Positions 16,524 through 24,983 of a stretch of 30,474 nucleotides of DNA are shown here, in pieces; the stretch's first letter is position 1; the number at the start of each line of letters is the position of its first letter. Origin of the DNA: a bacterium (lineage in GTDB: Bacteria; Patescibacteriota; Minisyncoccia; Phycocordibacterales; Phycocordibacteraceae). The translations under genes were made by a program, and so were the position numbers. The stretch lies in NCBI GenBank assembly GCA_021812955.1, contig JAKAMJ010000001.1, positions 1 to 30,474 on the forward strand. Direction: 5' to 3'. The notes under the pieces were generated by a model. The model was not told the origin of the DNA and searched no databases. It saw only the letters and a program-made list of their open reading frames with translations.

Positions 16524-16869
16524 TTAAGAACGGCAAGAGAAGAGCGCAAAGCGCATGAAGTAGGGTTCGAGGTCAGCGAGGCGGCTGCCGTAGGCCTCGC
16601 CGCCCAAGATTGCATCTGCGACAGTCTCGCGCGCCCGGTCGAGCTCGAAGCGACGCGCGCGCCAGCGCGCATCTTCACGCGTGAGGTCGAGGAGCTCGAG
16701 CGCGCGGCCGGCAGCACCCCAGAAGAGCTTTTCGTCCTTGCCCTGCCATTTGTGCGCACGCCCGACTTCGCTCCCGACATTGCCGAGCTGGTCGGCAAGC
16801 GAGAGAGTGAACCAACGTTCTCTGGAAATAGTCGAGACGCGAGTTTTCTTTGACTATCTTCGTCTCCAT
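16524..16869 (-). pseudogene. Frameshifted, or non-canonically started, conserved-looking small helical protein
   Basis: ATG 16869 gives METKIVKENSRLDYFQR. The adjacent frame, open 16853-16524 with no ATG/GTG/TTG near its 5' end, gives ERWFTLSLADQLGNVGSEVGRAHKWQGKDEKLFWGAAGRALELLDLTREDARW...PYFMRFALFSCRS*. Confidence 0.7.
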
Positions 16870-16894
16870 TGTGGGCGCATTGTATCACGCGAGG

Positions 16895-17992
16895 CTAGCC
16901 GTGGAGGAAGACCATCACGTCGCCGTCCTGGACGACGTACTCCTTGCCCTCGACGCGCACGAGCCCCTTCTCGCGCGCGGCGGCGTAGGAGCCGAGCTCG
17001 AGCAGCGTGTCCCAGCCTATGACTTCGGCACGGATGAACTTGGAAAGGAAATCGTTGTGGATGGCCGAGCCGGCGACCGGCGCCGTGCTGCCTTTCCGTA
17101 TCGTCCACGCGCGCGTCTCGTCTGCACCGGTCGTGAAGAACGAGATGAGCCCGAGCGTATCGTACGCGCCGCGGATAAGATCTGCCAGCCCGTCTTCCGG
17201 CACGCCGAACTCCTGGCGGAAACTGTCGCGGTCGTCGTCGGCGACGTCGTTCAGCTCGCGTTCCGTCGCCGCGTCCACGAACACATGCACGCCGCCGAGC
17301 GATTCGATAAGCTCATAGGCGCGCTGCGCCCGGCCGTCCGCGAGCTCGTCCAGATTGTGGCCGCCGCTCTTCTTGTTGAGCGCGTAGAGGATAGGCTTCA
17401 TCGTGAGCAGGTTCAGCCCCGAGACGAGCCTGCGCTCATCTTCGGTGAGCCCGGCGTTTATAGCGAGCTTACCTGCCATGAACGCCTGCTCGAGCTTGGC
17501 GAGCGCCGCGTCTTCTTCGGCCGCGCCTTTCACGCCGCGCTTCAGGTCGTTTGCCACGCGGTCGCGCCGCTTCCTGACCTGCTCGGCGTCGGCGAGCGCG
17601 AGCTCCAGGTTTATGACCTCGATGTCCTTGTAAGGCTCCACGTCGCCGTCGACATGATGCACGTCCGCACCGTCGAAGAACCGCACGACCTGGAGTATCG
17701 CGTCCGTCTCGCGGATGTTCGCGAGGAATTGGTTGCCGAGCCCCTCGCCCGTGGCCGCACCCTTCACAAGCCCGGCGATGTCGACGAACTCGACGGCCGC
17801 CGGCACGGTCTTCTCGCTCTTTGAGAACTGCGTGAGCGCCGCGAGCCTCGCGTCGGGCACGCCGACCACTCCCACCGACGGGTCGATGGTACAGAAGGGG
17901 TAATTCTCTGCCGGCACCGCCGCCTTCGTGAGCGCATTAAAAAGCGTGGACTTCCCCACGTTCGGCAAGCCTACAATTCCGATTTTCAACAT
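16895..17992 (-). CDS. ychF: Redox-regulated ATPase YchF (Obg family)
   Basis: GIVGLPNVGKSTLFNALT, NYPFCTIDP, DIAGLVKGA..GEGLGNQFL, TGS-domain end GKEYVVQDGDV. Confidence 0.98.
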   Translation of the reverse strand: MLKIGIVGLPNVGKSTLFNALTKAAVPAENYPFCTIDPSVGVVGVPDARLAALTQFSKSEKTVPAAVEFVDIAGLVKGAATGEGLGNQFLANIRETDAILQVVRFFDGADVHHVDGDVEPYKDIEVINLELALADAEQVRKRRDRVANDLKRGVKGAAEEDAALAKLEQAFMAGKLAINAGLTEDERRLVSGLNLLTMKPILYALNKKSGGHNLDELADGRAQRAYELIESLGGVHVFVDAATERELNDVADDDRDSFRQEFGVPEDGLADLIRGAYDTLGLISFFTTGADETRAWTIRKGSTAPVAGSAIHNDFLSKFIRAEVIGWDTLLELGSYAAAREKGLVRVEGKEYVVQDGDVMVFLHG

Positions 17993-18012
17993 AAATCAGA
18001 TAATTAACGTTA

Positions 18013-18021
18013 TGTGGATAA
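18013..18021 (-). promoter_or_regulatory. Single consensus DnaA box TTATCCACA upstream of ychF
   Basis: Exact 9-mer; only one copy seen. Confidence 0.5.
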
Positions 18022-18057
18022 GTTGTCTTTTACATAAAACCCTGCTATTCTGTCCAT

Positions 18058-18101
18058 GTAGGAGCAATCCTACTAATCACGCGGTCCCGCCAAAAGCGGG
18101 A
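18058..18101. other. Two adjacent hairpins straddling the NYN stop codon
   Basis: GTAGGA-GCAA-TCCTAC (18058-18073) and TCCCGC-CAAAA-GCGGGA (18085-18101). Confidence 0.6.
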
Positions 18102-18781
18102 TTTTCGCTTTCTATATATGTCTTTTTGCCTGTGTACAATTTTCCAAAATCAAGATATTTATCTTTAACCGCGTGCAGCTCAGCGGCAACCTTGTTTCGT
18201 ACTCCGCACACTGCGACATTCTTGCCTCTCACTTTCAATCGCTCAAGCGGACTCACCAAATCGGAATCTCCAGAAAAAAGAATCACCGCTGACAACTTAT
18301 CTGAGTCATCCAGCATATCCATCGCCATTTCGACATCGAAATTGCATTTTGGCTCTTCAATGATTACGCCCGACACTTCCAAGTGACTTATCAGCTCTTT
18401 TATTTTTTCTTTTGCCGACCCATCAAGTAGAGAGATAGTCCGCCTTTGAAAAAACATTCCTGTGTTTATGTCTTTTGTAATGAACTTCATAGACTTCGTC
18501 CGAAGAATCGCTCCTGTCTTCTTGATGCGATTATGAAATGCTTCGGAATTTTTCTTGTCCCGCTCATTCGACCCGTAATACACTTTTATCTCTTTTATGC
18601 TCGGGTAGCTGAATAGCTGCTTGATCAGATCTTCTATTCTGAATTTCCACCCAAGAGTATCTTGCCAGTGGAACATGTTAGTGAGGTCTAGGTACACGAA
18701 GATAGACGCCTCGTTCTCTATCCAATCAAGATAGTCCGGGCGCATAATCACTTTATTTAAGATGTTCTGCGGAATCTCCAT
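18077..18781 (-). CDS. NYN domain (LabA/DUF88, PIN-like) putative RNase, AT-rich
   Basis: Acidic motifs VYLDLTN, KCNFDVEMAMD, LFSGDSDL; codon usage AT-richer than the flanks. Confidence 0.9.
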   Translation of the reverse strand: MEIPQNILNKVIMRPDYLDWIENEASIFVYLDLTNMFHWQDTLGWKFRIEDLIKQLFSYPSIKEIKVYYGSNERDKKNSEAFHNRIKKTGAILRTKSMKFITKDINTGMFFQRRTISLLDGSAKEKIKELISHLEVSGVIIEEPKCNFDVEMAMDMLDDSDKLSAVILFSGDSDLVSPLERLKVRGKNVAVCGVRNKVAAELHAVKDKYLDFGKLYTGKKTYIESENPAFGGTA

Positions 18782-18787
18782 GTTCTC

Positions 18788-18793
18788 AATGTA
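18788..18793 (-). promoter_or_regulatory. -10 hexamer TACATT, 6 nt before the NYN ATG
   Basis: TAnnnT with a 6-nt spacer. Confidence 0.5.
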
Positions 18794-18809
18794 CTATGCC
18801 TGCTCGCCC

Positions 18810-18845
18810 AAAGAAAGAGCCGGCATCTCGCGACGCTCGGCTCTT
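18810..18845 (-). terminator. Probable intrinsic terminator after the 75-aa membrane gene
   Basis: aagagccg/cggctctt arms with a TTTCTTT tail on the minus strand. Confidence 0.55.
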
Positions 18846-18873
18846 GAGTGGTTGGACACCTAGTGCCCAACCG

Positions 18874-19101
18874 TTAGCGGTTATGATTGCCCATGGTGCA
18901 TACGGTCTTAACAACAAATCCAGCGAGGACGCAGACCAAGACAATCCCAAACGCGACCAACACACACTTCGCAAAGATTGTTACGACTTCGATCGTCCCG
19001 ACCGGATTTGTGTGCATGCCATACCACATGAGTAAAACCACGCAAATGACCACCAACACATGCGAAATAAGACGCCCGAGACAAATCTCTCTGATCTTCA
19101 T
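18874..19101 (-). CDS. Small two-TM, Cys-rich hypothetical protein, 75 aa
   Basis: GGAG SD 7 nt before ATG; two hydrophobic helices; downstream terminator. Confidence 0.65.
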   Translation of the reverse strand: MKIREICLGRLISHVLVVICVVLLMWYGMHTNPVGTIEVVTIFAKCVLVAFGIVLVCVLAGFVVKTVCTMGNHNR

Positions 19102-19183
19102 TGTTTTTCTCCATTTTTGTTGTGATTATCAACAATCCGGCGCGTGTGCCGAATCAACTATTCCGATAATGATGCTGCGCGAA

Positions 19184-19202
19184 AATTTGACAAAGTCAAA
19201 TT
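19184..19202. other. Perfect palindrome AATTTGAC-AAA-GTCAAATT (operator or weak terminator)
   Basis: 8-bp arms; abuts the stop of the 166-aa gene; contains TTGACA/TTGACT. Confidence 0.45.
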
Positions 19203-19701
19203 ATTTCGGACGGGCGAGGAAGTGGGCGTATTGGAGGACGCCGTAGAAGACGCCGGTCGCGACGACGAAGAACGCGATCGTCGCGCCGAACGCGAGCGGC
19301 GGCATCCACCCGAGTGTGAGATACGCGAGGAACCACCACGCAGTGAACGCGATAGCCGAGCCGAGCACGAACGTGATGCGCTTGCGCGACAGCTCAAGCG
19401 ATATGAAAAGGATGATGAGGGCGAACGCCACGAGCGCCCAGTAGTTCTCCGTTACCGCCGGTTGCGTGGCTGCCCCGGACAGATACGCCGCGACGACGAG
19501 CGCGAGCGACGAGACGAGCAGCAGAGACATGCCCCAGCGCAGCCCGTGCGCGATGATGTCGAGGTGCCTCCGTTCGGCGCGGTCTATATGCCCGTCGCGC
19601 ATAGCATGGACATAAGCTATCTGGCCCCAGACGGCCGTAACGACGCCGATTATCGCTCCGAGCGCTTGGCAGAACAGGGTGAATACGACGAACGTGCTCA
19701 T
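19201..19701 (-). CDS. Hypothetical integral membrane protein, 166 aa, about 5 TM helices
   Basis: Multiple hydrophobic helices; coupled to the upstream gene. Confidence 0.8.
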   Translation of the reverse strand: MSTFVVFTLFCQALGAIIGVVTAVWGQIAYVHAMRDGHIDRAERRHLDIIAHGLRWGMSLLLVSSLALVVAAYLSGAATQPAVTENYWALVAFALIILFISLELSRKRITFVLGSAIAFTAWWFLAYLTLGWMPPLAFGATIAFFVVATGVFYGVLQYAHFLARPK

Positions 19702-19705
19702 AGCA

Positions 19706-19936
19706 TCATCGCTGCATCAGCGTCGCGAGCTCGGTGCGATATTTCTTCATCACCTCCATCGCCGCTTTCATCTCGCTCTCACCGCCCTTCTTGCGGCGTT
19801 CTATCTCTTCGCCGATCTTCTTGAAGAGCTCAGGGTTCTTCTCGACGAGCGCGATCATCATCTCGCGCTGCGCCTCCGGCACATCCTTCAATTTGTACTT
19901 CGCGTATTGATTGAGAAGAAAGCTCTTTACCGACAT
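19706..19936 (-). CDS. Small helical hypothetical protein, 76 aa
   Basis: Clean amphipathic ORF; promoter upstream. Confidence 0.75.
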   Translation of the reverse strand: MSVKSFLLNQYAKYKLKDVPEAQREMMIALVEKNPELFKKIGEEIERRKKGGESEMKAAMEVMKKYRTELATLMQR

Positions 19937-19979
19937 GGTGGATACGTTAGGCTGGGAAAGTTTTGCGCCCTGTGCGCAC

Positions 19980-19988
19980 AGTATAGCA
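19980..19988 (-). promoter_or_regulatory. Extended -10 TGCTATACT for the 76-aa/166-aa pair
   Basis: TGnTAnnnT immediately after the surface-protein stop. Confidence 0.6.
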
Positions 19989-19990
19989 CC

Positions 19991-22715
19991 TCACTCCCCC
20001 ACCGCCGCCCTCGTCACCGGCCCGAAGAACCCGCCCGCAGGGTAGATATGATGCGCGAGCTGGTAGCGGACGAGGGCGCGATAGGTGGAGAAGCCGAATG
20101 TGGCGGTCTCGTTGTTGAGAGAGCCGGGGCCTGTGGCTGATACCGGGAAGCCGTGGGTGTTGAGGTACCGCTGGAGGGCGGTGACGTCTGGGCCGGTCTG
20201 GTGGAGCTCCAGGTTGCGGGTGAAGGTGAAGGAAGAAGCTGCTGGGGTGGTTGGTTGCTGTGGGGTTGTAGTGCCATGGAGGATGGCGGAGACGTTTGCC
20301 AGGACGGCTGGGTCGACGTTGAAGGACGTGAGGACGTTAAGGATGGAGGTGACCTGAGACGAGGTGAGGCCGGTCGATCGGGTGGCTTGTGTGGCGGTCT
20401 GGCCAGGTAGGGGGTTGGGGGTGCTCGGGAGGCCGAGGGCAGGGATGGAGATGGAGCCGTGCGGGGTTGGGGTGGTTGTGGTTGTCGGAGCGGGGGTGGA
20501 GGTGTCTACCGTTACCGACGCGCTGAGGCTGGTGGAGATGTTGCCGGCGGCGTCCTTGGCCCAGGCGTACAGGGTGTGGAGGCCGTCGGAGAGGAAGGTG
20601 TAGGTGGTGGGAGCGGTGGCGGACCAGCCACTGTCCCCTGCTGATGGCGGAGTGGCTGATTCGTTCACCAGGTATCCGGTGACGGCGGTGTTGTCGGTTG
20701 CAGTGAAGGAGGTGATGTGGATGGTGCGGGAGGAGCCGGTGCCGGGGAGGGTGAAGGCGGTGGTGGTGGGGGCGGTGGTGTCTACCGTTACCGATGCGCT
20801 GAGGCTGGTGGAGATGTTGCCGGCGGCGTCTTTGGCCCAGGCGTATAGCGTCTTGAGGCCGTCGGAGATGAAGGTGTATGTGGCTTGGGCGGTACCTGCC
20901 CAGCCTGCGTCCCCTGCTGTTGGAATGCTTGATGACTCGTTCACGAGATAGCCGGTGACGGCGGTGTTGTCGGTGGCGGTGAAGGCGGAGATTGGGACGG
21001 TGAGGGAGGAGGAGACGGAAGGGAGGGTGAAGGAAGTGACGGAGGGAGCAGCTGTGTCGGAGGAGGTTGTGGAGACACTCATGTCAAAGACGGCGACAAC
21101 GGGTCTTCTGTCATATTGGCTCGTATGTTGAAGAGAAAAGGAAAGGTACAACTTTCCATTTGCAGAATCATACGCTGGTGAAATATTACCTTGATAGTTA
21201 GATGGCAACCATGGGAGCGTTATCTGCCACATAGCATATGGATACAGGTCGTTCGGGAACAAATTTCCCAACTTAACCGCGGTGAGATTGTTTTCGCCCG
21301 GGTTGTTCCCAGAGGTACCCGCAGTCGCGGACGCATTGGACACATTGCTGCTGACATTATTCCCGGGTGAGTTATTTCCTGAACTGTCTCCGACGTCATA
21401 TGCCCACGCGCGGGCGGTATATGGATATTCGTGTTGGCCTTTACTGCCGACACCCGGGTCATAGCAACAGGTGTCTTGTTCTGTACCATTTTCTACCATG
21501 ACGGTTGAGCCGCACATGTTTCCATTTACACAGAGCGGACCCCATCCCTTGCTCAAGCTTCCTGTGCATTGTTGACTTAGATCTGAAGTCCCGAGACCAT
21601 AGCAATAGCCTCCGAAATTGGCAGGGTTCCCATTCCCTATCGGAGGTGCACAATCTGCCGTGGTCGTGGGAGAATCGCCAGACAGCGGGTTACACGAACC
21701 CGTCGAATGTATCCCGAAGAACAGGAGCGACGTTGAGTTGTTTATGAAGGTCGCGCCGGTAACGTTATCGGCGGTTCCATAATAAGCCGTTACTGGTTGC
21801 GTCGCGCTTCCCCATGTCCCCCACCCCGCCGGCGTATGGCCATTCGGGTAATACAGGAGCGCCGTGGCGACACCGCGGTTATCAGGCGGCGGTGCCGGAG
21901 CGTTCACCATGCCTAAACTGTTGGGATCGAACACGACGCAGGACGGGCCGTATGATGACGTGCTTATTATAGAATACCCTCCGCCGCCGCCGAAAGCGCT
22001 TCCGCCCAATTGAGCCTGAAGACCTGAGGGAATACTTCCGACGAATACGTTCGAATCCCGTTCTGTGATGTTCGTATCCATATTAGAGGATGTGTTCAGG
22101 CCATACATGCCGGAGAAGGTCGTCGTGGACGATAAATCCGTCCCGTGTGTTGAGAATGAGAGGAATTCGGTGGTATGTGGAGAAGTGCCATAGTGATCGC
22201 CTGAGGATTCGAGTAACGTTGAATTATTATCGAAAAGCATCAAACCTCCTCGGAAACCGAGATTTTTGGGCGTGAACGTCCCACCAGGCCCATTGTTGGA
22301 AAAGTTCCCATTCGTGATGTCATGATATGTCTGCAAGAAAGTCGCCGCAGGAATGCTGCTATAGCTCGACGTCGTCGTACTGGACAATACCGCAGGGATC
22401 CCGATTTCTCCCACCTGACTGCCTGTACAACCCGTATCAACTGTCCCGCCAGTTATGAAGAGTGACCTGTGAGGAGGATTGTATGCGATGAAACCGGTAC
22501 CGTAACTGCCTAAACACCCCGTCCCCGGACTCGGAACATAAAACGCACCTTGATATGTAAAATCGCTCTGTTGTATGAGCAAACCGGCGGAGGCGTGAGC
22601 GGCTGAGGAGAGGAGGGTTATGGAGAAGAGTGCGAGGGTGAAGAGCCCTTTGGTGAGTGGCTTTAAGAGCGGGTTAGTTACTCTCTCTCTCTCTTGATTT
22701 TTTGATGCTCAACAT
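19991..22715 (-). CDS. Large surface protein: signal peptide, Cys-rich unknown domain, two Ig-like repeats, Pro/Thr linker, peptidoglycan-binding domain; currently out of frame at an (AG)7 tract
   Basis: The frame is open 22708-19991 and contains a signal peptide (KPLTKGLFTLALFSITLLSSAAHA) upstream of the ORF-track TTG, but no start codon precedes it in frame. ATGs at 22719 and 22715 are in the other two frames. C-terminus FTRNL..GPDVTALQRYLN..GFFGPVTRAAV is PG_binding_1-like. Confidence 0.85.
20502..21053. repeat. Tandem 276-nt (92-aa) intragenic duplication encoding Ig-like domains
   Basis: gtgtctaccgttaccga recurs at 20502 and 20778; AFTATDNTAVTGYLVNES...TLYAWAKDAAGNISTSLSASVTVDT occurs twice. 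Confidence 0.95.
22681..22694. repeat. (CT)7 / (AG)7 simple sequence repeat between the start codons and the signal peptide
   Basis: ctctctctctctct read directly. Confidence 0.95.
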
Positions 22716-22740
22716 ACATAGCCTTGGGTTGTTGCTTGGT

Positions 22741-22749
22741 ATTTTAGCA
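22741..22749 (-). promoter_or_regulatory. Extended -10 TGCTAAAAT of the surface-protein gene
   Basis: TGnTAnnnT; AAGG 6 nt before ATG 22715. Confidence 0.6.
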
Positions 22750-22801
22750 TACTGGGAGTGGGGTGTGTGATGGGCGGGGGTGGTTTGTGGGTATTGGGGA
22801 G

Positions 22802-22834
22802 AACACCCGCGGCGCCGGAGGCGCCGCGGGTGTT
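22802..22834. terminator. Strong hairpin ending the atp operon
   Basis: 15-bp perfect arms aacacccgcggcgcc/ggcgccgcgggtgtt directly after the atpC stop. Confidence 0.8.
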
Positions 22835-23083
22835 TTACAAGAGGATAGTCGCTTGATTGCCCGAGACTTCGGCGATTCCGCCTTCGGCTATCGGAAATCG
22901 GTGAACCGCGCCGTCGGGAGAGGTGACGCGCGCCTCGCCCTCGCGCAATTCAGAGACGAAGGCTGCGTGCCCGCCGAGCACCTCGAACACACCTTCCGTG
23001 CCGGGGAGCGACACCGAACTGACCTCTCCGTCGAAGAGGTTGTCGGCGACGTGCGCTATCGTGAGATGAAAATATTTCGCCAT
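22835..23083 (-). CDS. atpC: ATP synthase epsilon subunit, N-terminal beta-domain only (82 aa)
   Basis: LPGTEGVFEVLGGHAAFVSEL..G, GGIAEV; last gene of the operon. Confidence 0.9.
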   Translation of the reverse strand: MAKYFHLTIAHVADNLFDGEVSSVSLPGTEGVFEVLGGHAAFVSELREGEARVTSPDGAVHRFPIAEGGIAEVSGNQATILL

Positions 23084-23087
23084 CGTG

Positions 23088-24539
<1,452 letters not shown>

Positions 24540-24591
24540 TTAGACAAACGGCTTCGGCCCTCCCCGCAAGGGGTATAAATGAAAGAGCGGT

Positions 24592-24978
24592 TCATGGCAG
24601 CAATGCTTTGAGCCGTTTTTTCATTTCTGCCATATCCTCGGCCTGTACCGTGCCCGTTTGATAAAAAAGCCGTTTCGCGTCAACAAGACGGACTTGGGAC
24701 AATATCGCCGTACTTTGTTCTCCGTTCAATTCAAACGAAAAATAGAACGGCGCGTTTTTCAACGTCCTCGTGAGAGGAATCGCCCAGAAGATTTCATTGT
24801 TGAATTTCCTGATAATTACGACCGGCCGAAGATGCTCAGAGCCACTTCCATCCTGTTCGAAACCGATATTCACACCGAGCGCCGCGAACCACACCTCACC
24901 TTCGCGGAAGAACGGACGTTCCTTCTCGGCATGTATGCCGGATTTTTCGCGATGCCAGATTTGGAAATCCTTCTTCAT
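24592..24978 (-). CDS. PemK/MazF-like toxin family protein, 128 aa, with no adjacent antitoxin gene
   Basis: Start MKKDFQIW, 5 nt after the atpG stop; GEVWFAALGVNIGFEQDG, LRPVVII, IPLT, ILSQVRLVDAKRL. Confidence 0.88.
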   Translation of the reverse strand: MKKDFQIWHREKSGIHAEKERPFFREGEVWFAALGVNIGFEQDGSGSEHLRPVVIIRKFNNEIFWAIPLTRTLKNAPFYFSFELNGEQSTAILSQVRLVDAKRLFYQTGTVQAEDMAEMKKRLKALLP

Positions 24979-24983
24979 GCGCG

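Noticed and set aside
18013-18021. DnaA box as a sign of oriC
   Set aside because: Only one box was seen, with no dnaA/dnaN or box cluster nearby
22709-22750. In-frame ATG at 22750 with TGA at 22711-22709: possible TGA readthrough or genetic code 25
   Set aside because: The ATG overlaps the predicted -10, and TGA acts as a normal stop for conserved genes here (atpF, the delta-like gene, mltG, the sigma-4 protein). The SSR frameshift explains the data more simply.
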